The position numbers were made by a program, and so were the translations under genes. 64,000 nt of DNA, from NCBI RefSeq assembly GCF_006345805.1, contig NC_043005.1, positions 69,812,001-69,876,000 of the forward strand, given 5' to 3'. This DNA is from Octopus sinensis. Lineage: Eukaryota. Of this stretch, positions 37,376 through 50,735 are shown in pieces; within the stretch, counting starts at the first letter, position 1, and every line of letters begins with the position of its first letter. A model generated the notes under the pieces. That model saw only the letters and a program-made list of their open reading frames with translations, had not been told where the DNA came from and did no database searches.

Positions 37376-40300
37376 TAGTATGATTTTTGTTGCTTTATTT
37401 TTATTTTTGTTTGAAGCATTAGACACTCTTTATCACAGTAAATACTATTGGACTTACAACTATTTACACCAGAAAAAAATTATCTTTCTTGTTTCACTTT
37501 CTAAAAGTGTAACTGTGTACTGAAAGCTCGAGACTCTACGTCTCAAACTTGGCTAGGAAATATCTTTATTGTTAAACATTTTTGTATATGTTTATATATT
37601 TTGCATGCGTAAATATTATTATTATTTACTCATAATGCAATATACTTCCCTTTCGAAGCCGGAATTAGAGCTACCAGCTAATGTGACAGACAGCAACATA
37701 TATTCCATTAAAACATTTAAAAACAAAACTGAAAATTTTAAAATAAAATTACTGTTGTCCAGAATAGCATAGTGGTAAATATGCAAAAATGATGTTAAAC
37801 TAGACAGTGAGGATAGTCAAGCATTTTAACATATTGAATAGCTTAAGCTTTGATAAGACTGTGTAAGAAGAACTACCTCTAAAATATGGAGGGGGCTATC
37901 ATACACAATCAGATACGATCTAAGACAAAAAACCAAGATTATAGATATCTGCATGCTCAGTAGTCTGGGCTATGATATACGAAACTTTGAGCCATCTTTA
38001 AGTGAATGAAAATGGGAAGAAAACAAGTCGGAGATTTTGTATCACACCATTGCACACAAACAGCTGTTGCACTATGCAGTGAGTAGGGATAAGTACAAGC
38101 GTCGTGAGAAGTGATTTTATTTGTTGTGATATTTTATATTCAAATAAAAGACAACAAGCATCAACCACGTTGCTAACATTTACTTAAACAGTTGATTCTA
38201 AAGGACACAAACTTGTTACATCCTGAAATACCTTCTCACATTGTATTGAATTTACTGAAGTTTGGTATATAATCTAAAAGCATTTATTTATTTCTACTGT
38301 TTGCCTTAAATGTCCTTTAAAAAAATTCCATTAGCAATTTTTTGTGCTTTCCTTTCACGATAAGCAGTTATATTCGATTAGCTAACTTTTCATCCCTTAT
38401 TCAATAAATCAAGAGTACCTGAATCATTCAAGTCTGTGCTATTGATACACTTTAATTTAATTAGTATACTTCATATAATTATGCAAATTATTCTTTCATA
38501 ACACTTTGGTCTTCCAGTCAATTTCACTTTCAACAGATCATATCCTGCTTCTCGATATTCTTTACTTATATTTAAAACGACCACAGAAACGTGACTGTCG
38601 ACGAAATTTTATATAAATTTAATATTTCTCTTTCTTTGAGAATTTCTTCAAAGATTTTATTACGTATTTTCAAATCAAAGTAAATTTTGCTCATCGCACG
38701 TCATTCGGTGCATCAAACAAATACATTATTTTATCGTTTTATTTGTTTCAGCTCTGCGGCTGCGGTCATGTTGGACCATTCACATTTATGTATATATGTT
38801 TATGCATATGCATATACATACCTACATAAATATATACGTCTGTGCATAAGAACACACAAACACACATGTGCGTGTGTGCGCATGTGTTTCGTGTACAGTT
38901 GATATTGATTAGGCATATTTATTATTTGCCTATTCGACTAGCATGTTGGATGACGGTTCATGTACGTAAGAAAGACCAACAAATTGTCTCTGATTGTATT
39001 ACCTCCAACATATATGTAGTGAGGTCATCATAGTATTTTTCCACCTGAAAAATGAAATAAAAAACCGTATTTCCATATTTCTGTTCCAATACTTGTTTTT
39101 ATGAAGTCATAAATCTGCTGACTACTATTAGCAAAATGTCACGAATTTTGGCGAACAATTTCTATCAATTAAGGATTACGTGCTCCACAGCATTCGATTC
39201 GAAAATATTTTAGAAAAATCAAAGAAAGATGCTATGTGAAATATGAACGTAAATATATCTGCTAGACATTTTCTCAGCTCGTAAATTATTTCTACCACCC
39301 ATCGTTTCTTTCGATAAATATATCTTGGATTACTTTATTTGTTTATCATTAGTGAATAGTACTGTTGGGAAAACTCTTTTGGATATTCTTCTCAACCGCA
39401 ATCACAAATATGTGCAGCGAATGTTGCAAACTTATCGATGATTGTGGTTCTGAGGAGTTACTCCACGGTATACAGTATTTTCTTTAAGGTTTTAAATATA
39501 TTTAGCATGTGTCAGCTAGAACTATACACTTTTAATTCATAACGTAGCTAGCCAGTAGCTGAAGTGGACACTTTACTTTTGGTGTCCTCATCAGAGAACT
39601 GAGTCAGGGGACAAATTTTAAAGCTCAGTGGATCACTCTATCGCAACTAAATTAAAAACAGCTGCATTCTTCATTTCTATGCTGTATTTATCATCACTGT
39701 TTCAGAATCGATGGGTCAATAACCAGCGTGTATGTACAAATACCTAAATTAAATTAATGTTATGTCTTATTTTTTCTTGATCGGGCCGAAAATGACGGCA
39801 GCTCGACTGTAGCTTTCTTTATGAATTAAATATCTACTGAATGTTCATTCTACATTCAGGCATTAAAGGTATTTAATGTAAATAAATAATGATCGAGAAC
39901 ATTTTTTATGTATTGTAAATCTTCTGCAGCACACAATATTTTTCTCAGAATCTTATCTGTAATTATATAGTGAAAATAAACTAGGGTGTGAGGTAAGAGA
40001 GATTTTGTTTCTATTTTTAACGAAAGAAGTAACAATGGATATGCTCTCTCAGTGCATCAGTATAATCATATTTACTTTTAATCATATGACTATGTTTATT
40101 CTTTATAGAATGAACATCGTTAAATGATTTACGTCATGTATTCAGTGTTAAAAATCTGATAATTCTCCGTTTTCATTTTGTAAGCCATTTTACCGACCTA
40201 CTTTGATTTGTGAATTTGAATTGACTTTGTTTAAAAATTCATTTAAACATGGAAGTTGTGTTACAGTCCAAAGATTTTATTCAAAAATGTAATGAAAGTT

Positions 40301-43300
40301 GTCAAACATTATCAAAATAGCTCCACTTATTTTTAAGACATCAGTATATATATGAAAATTTTGTTTTTCCTTCGTTCCTCTTTGTAAACTAAACTTATGG
40401 AAATATTTAGACTATATCTCAAATACTAATTCCATTATATCACATATACTATTTCAGATTGTTTCAACTAATTAATTAATTTGTTTGTGTAATCTCAACC
40501 TCGGCAGCAATATAATTATGTAATGCTTTGCTGATGAAATTGATCAACCTCAACAATAACATATTTACTGGAGATGTGAAGAGGAATATAAATAACTTGC
40601 AGCATCTGATAGTATGCAAAATTGTTAGCAATTTTAAAGCATAATAAGATTTATTTATGAAATAAATTGAAAGGAGCTGGCATATTAACTGTACAATAAT
40701 AAATTCTTTATATATCAGCGGAATAGCTTATAATCACATTTTTGTTAATCAATTTGATATTTCTCCTTTGATCTGGTAACTATTCTTAAATATTTCTATT
40801 GTTTTCATTCTTGCATATATTTCTATTTTCACGATTTTCTAGGGATAGCAGATATTCAAAAGTTTGCATTGAGTGTTCAATGATAAAGCGTGGTTAATGT
40901 AGCAGATCTGTAAACAGATTAAACAAGTCAATGTATCTCTTATAAATGGTAAAAGTATTATATTTATATGAGGATTCACACTATGCTACATCGTATAAAT
41001 AGATAAGTAAGTAGATTGGAATGCTCAGAAAAACTTCTATTGTCAGACCTAGAGCATAATGAGAATCAAATCAATAGTTTTGGTACCTGATGAAAATACG
41101 TATTCTACGTATACGATCACGATGCTGGATCAACCGAAACTAACATAGTCGGCATTATGGGATATCAGTAGAGCTGTGTAGATTAAAATACAATACTCAA
41201 TAGTTGCGTATTTTAGCTAGTTCTCCTGAAAAAAGTGATATATATCACTTTATCTGTACCTTCAAAAGTTGTCAGTTATTGAAATATTGTTACAAACTAT
41301 TTGTAGAAGACACCAAGACTTCATAGGAGTGGTTGAGTTACTTATCTGTGACCAACTGGCAGCTTAAATTTGATAGGAAAATTTTCGCTTTTGATTTGAA
41401 AAACTAATTCTTTAAAAACAAACATGGTGATGTCTGTCATGCTTAGTGACATGGAAGAAGTTAGAATTGCAACATACATCAGAGTGTTCTGCCTTCACTC
41501 CTCACAATGAAGAGGATGTGAATACACACCAACTTCAATGGATCAGACTATCACTATGAAGAGAAAAAGCACCCGCTAAACAACAAATACACACCACGGG
41601 AATTAAATACAAATTTGTAACGGACTTTCCACTATGAAAACGACAAGTCAACAGTCATGATCCAGCCTAACAAAAACCCCAAAAAGAAAGAAATGACTGC
41701 ACCAGTAACACGAACACAGCCGCCACCAACACCATTATCTTCACAAACATCAATAAAACAACAAAAGATATGGCAGAAGGAAAACCCCAAAATAACAGTA
41801 ACGCAGGAAATCATGGCAGCATAAATGGCAACAATATCGACGTGAATAACAATAACATGATTAATAACTACTACATTCCTAGAAATGACTGCAGAAGGAA
41901 TTGAATCGTTTGTAAGAACATTTCTAGAAGAAGTTATATGTATGGCCTAAGCCGCCAAATCGATCAGACTTAAATCATAAGCTGACATACTCGTCTCTTG
42001 CTAAGGTGTAAGCTGAAGCACACAAAAATCAGTAGTATATAATTGTCTCCATAAACACAGAACGGCCACCGGTCAAAGTGTCATAAAACGAACGCTGAAA
42101 GAAATAATGCCCGAGATACAATATATCGCGAGTGCCAAGCAAAATGCTGGAATATCAGAGCTCTAAAAGCACGAAGAGAATACTTCCTCAATAATATCAA
42201 AGTAAATTGAATTTCAGCTTGTTGATATTTCAAAATAATTTTCGTATCTCCGTGATGCCTCCAAGTATATAGCATTAAAATATATTCTACATGAAATAGA
42301 ATGATACATTTGTTTTTCAAATTAATGCTTTGTGCTTTTCCTATTTATTTCAATCGTAATATGAAAGCAGTATAACATGAGAAATTATAGTCGAAGCTGA
42401 AACTTGAAAATTTCTAGCATAGTGTATCTCACACGGCTCCAGTACATTCAGTAACATGAATGCCCTATTGAATAAATGGTGTACGTGTATGTAGAACAGG
42501 TGTATATTTCCTAACACTTATATTTTATAGATAAATCTATGTAGGGCCATTGTCTTTTGAAAGACTATGTTTAACAGGTTAGTAAGTAACAGTCGTTTTC
42601 ATTGTTCAGGATTTGCTGACAATGTTTCGGTTGATTAGAAATTACCGGCTTTTAACTCGAGGAGTTCAATGATCCACGTTTCTACCTCCACTCATTGTTG
42701 AACGAAACTCTTGGACTATTGGAGGGTGACGAACAAGGTGATATTTTAGAGATGCCACATCACGAAAATATTGTGGGAGCGGGCGAACTTCCGAAGCATT
42801 TGAATAGCATTTTTGATTAAAATTTTCTTATTCCTTTATATGCCATTGGAAAGAAACGAACAAATTTATCCTACTAGCCAATAACAATACAAGCATTTAA
42901 AACCACATTCTAACTTCATTCTTTTTTCGGTATGATGGTGGATGAACGTTTAGAAAAAGAGAATAGGAGGGCAGTACATCCCTCAGGACACATATTGTCA
43001 AACTAAATTCTACGAGATGCCAATTCTCGTGATATCAAAATGAATTTTCTTGGAGATGATAGTATAAATTGTAGAAAAAACAAATGATTGACAAAAAATG
43101 TCTGCTATATTTCGATATTTTTCTAATCATTCTTTAAGATTATTTGATTCTATTAGCATCCATATGTTTTCGTCTGACTGAGATATCAAGTTGATTGATA
43201 ATATGTATCTTTTTCCGTCCCAAAATACATGATAAAATGTAAATTTCATTAAATGATCTCTCTATAGGAAAAGGTTTGAATTTTTTATGAATAGTTATCT

Positions 43301-44939
43301 TTATTTAAACATTTCTTTCGAATAATTTTGCATACATTTCGATATAATTTGGGGGATTACATGTTATTTTATTAATTTCTTGGTTTCTACATATTTTTAA
43401 GGAATACTGATTATTCTTTTTTCTTCAGTTATATTTTGCTCGTTTTCCCTTTCTTTTTACATCCTATGTTGTCTAAATTTTGCTGCAATGAATTTTAATT
43501 AACAAACAAATGATATGGACATAATGTGTTTCTCAAAGTAGATAAAAATTCTATAGTAATGTTATTGTAAAAGTTCTAAATATACTAGTATACTATAAAC
43601 ATTTCATTTTCAATATAGAAGTGGTAAACTCTTATGCTTTAAATACCTGTTATATTTCACACAAATGTAATTGTAAATGTATTTACAATTGAGACATTTG
43701 TAAAATATACAACCTCCACTCGTAGTTCACAGTTTCATTAACTTGAAATTTGTTATAATAATTTATTATAACATAAGTACACACAACTATAGAATAAAAT
43801 AGTGCACGAATTAATGTGTAGTTGACTGATTGGAGCTTATTTTAATGTGTACGGAATGAAGTAATGCAAAGTCAAATTCCCCGAGATGTGAATTTAAAGA
43901 ATAGATAGTAAAAGAGAATACGGAAAATATATTTTAGCCATGTGAAAGAAGTCGATCTTCCAAATTTCGGCCTCGTTAAACTACATCAGAGAAGGAATCT
44001 TATCTCCCAATCACAAGCAGTATGCATAGAAATCGAATAGATGTAAAGCTAGAAGAGGAACATAAATTTTTTTTCATTTTACGAACACTTTGAAAAATCA
44101 TCAAATGCTCCGACAAGGTGAAGTAAGTGACCAATATTGACGAGTTAAATTGAATTGCAAGTTATACATTAAACCATATGTTAACAGACCTTCCATTTTA
44201 TTATACAGTTCTATATCATTTAACATCTCATCTCTATACTGGTATTATTACCTGAGACATTTTTCTGAGACTTAGTAAAAGCAAATCAAGACTGATACAC
44301 CTGATCGAATATCAAGTATTAATAAACGGTAAGAAAATATTTATTATCTTTATCCAATAGACCACAGTGAAGAAATGTATTATAATAATTTTTCACCTTT
44401 AAAGATCAAAGAGTACCAACCGAATTTGCCAAGAAAATGTTGTTATATATCTAACCATTATCACACGCTACATGTTTAGATAATTACAGCATATATTGGG
44501 CAGAAAATTGCAACACTTTTTTTAATGACAATATACCTCATTTCACTAAGGTAACTTTTATATAATAAAAGACATATTATAAAAAATCAGATGAGTTACA
44601 TGGCGTTAGCATGCAGATAATGCTAAATATCTTGAATCTGCAAGCCATGGCAGACAAAACAGTAATATATTGATGTTATTTAAAGACATCACGAGTGTAG
44701 TAAATGCATAAAATTCTTACGGTTAAGCATTTAAGAGAGACACGAAATCATAGTATAGAATATTTCATTTTTATTCCGTGCTCGCTTTCCTCTTCTAAAA
44801 TATTTCGGATCTGATTTAGAATATAGTGAAAGTGCCTTCAAAATAAATTAACATTCAATGATGAATACAGCCGCAACACACAAATGTTGGAAATTCCACC
44901 CAAAAAAAAAAGACATTCAAGCAAATATATAATTTTCGC

Positions 44940-45030
44940 TCACATTTGAACTCAAGATGTAAATACGGACGAAATGACGGTAAGCAATTTGTCCGAGGAG
45001 CTAACGATTCTGCCAGCTCACCGCCCTTAT
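44940..45030 (-). mobile_element. SINE head (family of 11388)
   Basis: Reverse complement GGGCGGTGAGCTGGCAGAATCGTTAGC...TTGAGTTCAAATGTGA. Confidence 0.75.
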
Positions 45031-45234
45031 ATGCCAGCAAAAATTAGCTGTAAAATTGTAAATATCGTTAATATTAAATCCATGAGCAGATTTATATATA
45101 TATATATTCGAGAAAAACCACTATTATGTAATTCAAACAATGATAGACGTAAATCACAGCATATAGAAAAAATAAAGTATATGATAAACAATTTATCTAG
45201 ACCACAATAAAGTACATATTAACACATAAATAGT

Positions 45235-45271
45235 ATTTAATTATTATCATTATTATTATTATTATTATTAA

Positions 45272-45359
<88 letters not shown>

Positions 45360-45428
45360 AATAATAACAACAACAGCAACAACAACAACAACAATAATAA
45401 TAACAATAATAATAATAATAATAATAAT
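45235..45428. repeat. (ATT)n followed directly by (AAT/AAC)n
   Basis: Direct reading; polarity switches at 45356/45357. Confidence 0.95.
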
Positions 45429-46471
45429 TTATTGTGATAATTGTTTTTTTTATAATTTATATATATATATATATATATATTTATATTGTGAAATATGATT
45501 TAATACTAAATGGAATTTTTCCCTGTAAGTTTGGATTTATACTTACTAATATTATATATATATATAAGAGAGAATTTGATTTCGGGTTTTAAAATGCACC
45601 TGAATGTAAAAAACGTGTAGTTGTATTTACACAGATCTATTCACATACATACCAAACAAGAAAATCATATAAAAACGTCATTTCAGAGGTGAAGATCATC
45701 ATTATTACATATTGTCCATGTTGGAAAACTATAGACATAGCCGAATTCTAAGCTAGTAAACTCTGATATATTCATTTATACATCAACATGTTTATGGAAT
45801 CCTCGATAGTTGATACAATATTATGCATTTGGACGATTAATGTAAGAAAAAGAGCATTCCTATTTTAAACTGTCATCACAAACTTTCAGGCAAACCTTAT
45901 CTGACATATAAGTTAGGACATCTAATTTACACGTACGACCACATGTGTCGGTGAATTGAGCTCGTCACTACTTCTGTAACGAGCATGACCATAATTACAT
46001 ACATGGAAAGACATAACCGTCCGGGCATTACATGTGACAAATAGTATACACACAACTATATTTTCGATAACTAAATGAGACTATGCATATGCATACACGG
46101 AAACACGTGCGTGCGCGCACACATGCAATACAAAAATACACACATGTGTATTTGATAAATATACATACTAATTATATGAACAGACGTTAGGTTTGTTGTC
46201 ATATATATACTTAAGCAGTCGGAATTCAGGGGGTTCCTTTATTCAATAAATGAAAAATACATTAAATACTAAAAAACGTACACGTAGAACCGACACAGAA
46301 GGGTCCTTCATAAGTTATCAACCGAAATGTTAATATTCAGTTTCATGCTTAACACTTCGATTGATATCTGATGAAGAACTAGGGTCCATCTCTGTCTGTC
46401 CTACGTGTACGCTTTTAGTATTTAATACATTTGTCCTTTATTATATATATGTATATATATATATGTATATA

Positions 46472-46531
<60 letters not shown>

Positions 46532-46539
46532 ATATATAT

Positions 46540-46740
46540 TCTTTTGCTCTTTTACTTCTTTCGGTCATTTAACTGCGGCCGTGCTGGAGCACCGCCTTTC
46601 GCTAAACAAATCGTCCCCAGGACTTACTCTTTTATAAGCCTAGTGATTATTCTATGGTCCTCTTTTGACGAACCGCTAAGTTGCCAGGACGTAAATACAC
46701 TAGTATTGGTTGTCAACCGATGTTGGTGAGACAAACACAG
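46540..46740 (-). mobile_element. SINE tail half (family of 61198)
   Basis: GGTCATTTAACTGCGGCCGTGCTGGAGCACCGCC...GAACCGCTAAGTT...GGTTGTCAACCGATGTTGG. Confidence 0.85.
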
Positions 46741-46917
46741 GCAAAAATATATACATATACATTAAACGAAGAAGTATTCCAACATTCAGTTGTCAGGTTA
46801 ACTAAGATAGGTTACGAAACAACTGTCAACAAGTGGATGAAGCATCTTTCACTTCACTTGTCTTATCCAGTATATATGTGTATGTGTACATAGATATATG
46901 CATATATGTGTATATAA

Positions 46918-46972
<55 letters not shown>

Positions 46973-47100
46973 ATATATATATAGTTATATATATATATAT
47001 ATATATATTTATATACACACGTGTGTGTGAATGAATGTGTGTGTGTACATAGATATATGCATATATGTATACATATGCATGTGTATATATGTGTATATAA

Positions 47101-47149
<49 letters not shown>

Positions 47150-48154
47150 CTGATTTGCATATTTATTTGACACCCACACAGGCACAAAGGGAGCGACAGA
47201 TAAAAGGAGAGCAAAAGGAAAAGAAATATTCCTGTTCTATTGAATCTTCAGTTATTCCGCTCAGATATAAGTCTATATTTTGCTTTTATTCTAGTCCCGC
47301 GTGACATGATTACTAAAGAAAGATACTTTACGATCAATACATATTTGCATACATATGTGTGAGTAAACGTATGCAGATGCACCAATATCTATATGAACGC
47401 ATACGTACATACACTCGCAGACACCCAAACACACTCACACACATCGCTCATATATTTTTGTTTGGAAACATGAATTCATTATGATTGATTTAGAAAAATT
47501 ATCTGTGCATTTCACTGATTATCTTTTCTCAATACATGTCAGAATCGATTGCTAATTAGAATTCTCAAAGGTATATAAATACTAATTCAACATTGAGAGT
47601 TCATTCAACATATAGTAGCTACTTTTCTTTGCCTAAAATGTATTTCATTCACCGATCATTGATGCTAAATATATATGATTTTTTCCCTATAGTATGTTCT
47701 CCTCTGTGTCATGTGTTAGAATACGTGACTTTGTATGTTCTAGAGAATGTATATGCTTTAATACCGTTTCAAGTGTTCATGCCTGAGTTTATATATATAT
47801 ATATATAAATGTGAAATGGATAAATATCTATACACAAATATATATACACAAATATTTGGCATGAGTGTGTGGGATTTTATGTGAAGGACATTACAGAGTT
47901 GCGCATAACACTCTTCTCTAATTCTTTTAAATGCTTTCGTTATCCCGAACAGACAGATGATTACGGTAGGTCCTCTCAGCTTTAATCAACCTTTCTCTCC
48001 AGGATGTGTCATTCATATGGCGGTATATCTATACCAACGGTCAGCTGGTACTTGTTAAAGATCACTTTCCTAGAGCAACATGAATTGAAAGGCTTTGCCC
48101 TATGCCATAAGTCACTGCCTTATTATCTCTAAAACCTTGTACTACAAAATGATT

Positions 48155-48580
48155 AGGAGTATTTCTTCTGGCTTTCTGTTCTGGGTTCAAATTGCGAAGA
48201 TCTGACAAGCCTTGTGAATTCGAATGAATTCACCCGTGTTGGTGGCGCGAAAACGCCAGCGCTCGAGTTTTGGGCCTCGTGGAGGCAGAGGCAAGTGCCC
48301 GATACCTTTGGCGATATACAGTGCTATGTAGACCTGTCAAACCAACTGAGACTGTCGTCCAAGCCGATGTCATAGCCAGTTCAATGGCACCCGTGCCAGT
48401 GCCACTTAAAATCACTCACTATACTCTCGGAGTGGTTGGCGTGAGGAAGGGCATGCAGCCATAGAAGCCCTGCCGAATCACACCGGATCTTGGTGCAACT
48501 CTCCGACTTACAAGTTTTCAGTCAAACTTTCCAACTAATGCCTGTATGGAAAGCAGGCGTTAAATCATGATGAAGATGAT
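48155..48580 (+). mobile_element. tRNA-headed SINE of a third type with (GAT)-like tail
   Basis: B-box GGGTTCAAATT at ~48184, internal GGTTGGCGTGAGGAAGGGCATGCAGCC and 3' end GGAAAGCAGGCGTTAAATCATGATGAAGATGAT. Single copy in the window; family recognised from memory. Confidence 0.6.
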
Positions 48581-48639
48581 GGATACATATATCAGAAATT
48601 ATCATTAGATCAATGAGAGAGAATGAAGGATAAATATGT

Positions 48640-49060
48640 ATAGGAACGTTGCCGTATGGTATTTGAAAACGAAATTCGAATATATGTATAGAGTACAAAA
48701 GAAGGCGGTTAGGAAGGTGAGTTAAACAGACTATATGGAGACAATATTATCAAGTGCATCAATTAATGGGATATGTCTGTTTTGAGATATTCTGTTGCAT
48801 ATTAACTTAGAGAAAGGATTAGTTATAAGAATTGGATAACAGAACAAAGAAGTTACCTAAATTTAATAAAGCGTACAATGCTTAATATAACATCGACTAG
48901 CTCTAAATATCAAAAAGCGAAGGGAACAAAATTTACCACCTGGTGATTGATTTTACTTTTGAGAAACTGGGTGGCGAATAAGTTGAGGGTTGTTTGTGGC
49001 TTGATATAACGAAGAAATGAGTGAAGCAGTGATAGTCTCCAAGAAGAGATAGAACATCAC
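48640..49060 (+). mobile_element. Possible heavily decayed CR1/L2 LINE 3' fragment
   Basis: VAVWYLKTKFEYMYRVQKKAVR resembles the VW.P....I..LERVQ.RA.R motif; downstream frames are broken. Confidence 0.25.
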
Positions 49061-49523
49061 ACCAATACTTGTAAACATCACGAACTTTAATTCTAATTCA
49101 AATAACGAATCAAAGATATGACAAATTAAGAAAACTAATCGTTAATTATAGCCGCTCAGGTGCAAATCATAAGAAGGAACTTCATAATGACAAAGATTGA
49201 TAATAATTGGTTTGTCTGCAAATTTAGAATACGTGGGAAATAGGACAAAGTCGATATTGCTTTCTAAATGATTGTTGGAAGCTAATATAAAATGAAATGA
49301 GACCCAGACATGACAGATGCAATAAAGATAATGAATTTCGTTGTTAGAATGTTTGTGACGCAAAGGAAATACGATCTTGAAACGGGTGAGACGTGTTGTT
49401 GGTGAGTGATAGCTAAAGAGCTTTTATGAGATTATCCCAAAGTCACTGAAAATACTACTGAGCAACATATATAAGTATGATCGCGGAATAAAGACAGTAT
49501 AAAATTATGGTCATTGAACTTAC

Positions 49524-49547
49524 CTCCGATAATTAACTGGTTATCGG
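49524..49547 (-). other. Candidate 24-nt micro-exon (unconfirmed)
   Basis: GTCTTTTCCTCATCTTTAG|CCGATAACCAGTTAATTATCGGAG|GTAAGT: long pyrimidine tract, perfect donor and an open phase-1 frame xDNQLIIG. Confidence 0.3.
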
Positions 49548-50179
49548 CTAAAGATGAGGAAAAGACATGAATAGTTTCAGGAGGAAGCGAGTGAGATGAA
49601 GCGCTTGTGGAACACAAATATTAAAACAATTTCTTTGGGAATTGATGTACTTAGTGTAACATCTAACTACTCCCTATGTGAATAAAGTTTGCTGAAATTG
49701 GAACAAGCATTGCTCGCCTTCAAATAAGTGATATCCTTTATTCTACGAGAATCCTAAGAAATATTCTTGTGTTTCGCTGTCACCAAACCTCAGATTAACA
49801 ACTTTGGTAAATGAAATACCATGTACTTACTATTGTATAACATAACAATATCAATAAGAATATTTCCAGCATAGACAGAAGGAATCAAAATCTATTGAAA
49901 CAGATTATCATGCAATTACTTGCACGATACTCTACTTGACACAACCTGAAAAACAAAGATTTTCACAGGCAAGTTAGCTCTGATGGGAATGAAAATAACA
50001 GGAACACATGCTAGTAATATATATTCTGAAATTGTGATATATCAAACAAAAAGGAAACGAAAGCAAAGTTCTATCGTAAACACAGTGCAGTGGAATGCAT
50101 GTGTAAATCTCTCCTAATATTGTTGACGAGTGCGACGAAGAGGAAAACGAAACGACTGCGAGGAAATAATGGCAACATC

Positions 50180-50404
50180 GTTGACGTTGATGATAATGAT
50201 GATGATGATGATGACAACGACGATGATAATGATGGCAGTAGTGGTGATGGTTGTGGTGGTGGTGGTGGTGGTGTTGGGGTGATGATAGTAGCAGTGGTTG
50301 TGGTAGTGGTGGTTGTGGTGGTGGAAAGGGTTCAGCGGCGGCGGCGGAGGTGGTGATGTTGCTGATGTTAATAATTATGATGATGATGATGATGATGATG
50401 ACGA

Positions 50405-50458
<54 letters not shown>

Positions 50459-50735
50459 CGACGATGATAATGATGAGAGTGGTCGTGGTTGTGGTCGTGG
50501 TGTTGGTGGTAGCAGCAGCGGTGCAGTCAGTGATGCTGCTGATGATAATAATTATGATGAGGAGGTGGAGGATGATGATGATTACGACGACGACGACGAC
50601 GATGTTGATGATAAGGATGTTGACTACGGCGATGGCGATTATGGCAGTGTTGGTGATGATCCTGGCGCCGCTGTTGGTGGCGGCGTTAATGAGAATAAGG
50701 AACAGAGAGATAGGATGATGATGATGATGGCGATA
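50180..50735. repeat. Compound trinucleotide tract (GAT/GAC/GGT/GGC)
   Basis: Direct reading; explains the 316-, 189-, 155- and 88-aa low-complexity ORFs. Confidence 0.95.

Noticed and set aside
36973-37523. 100-167 aa ORFs
   Set aside because: Compound trinucleotide repeat read-through.
40490-40640. LRR-like peptides (NLNLGSNII, LINLNNNIFTG)
   Set aside because: They fall in different frames with stops, with no 72-nt exon structure; N/L/I-rich matches are expected in AT-rich DNA.
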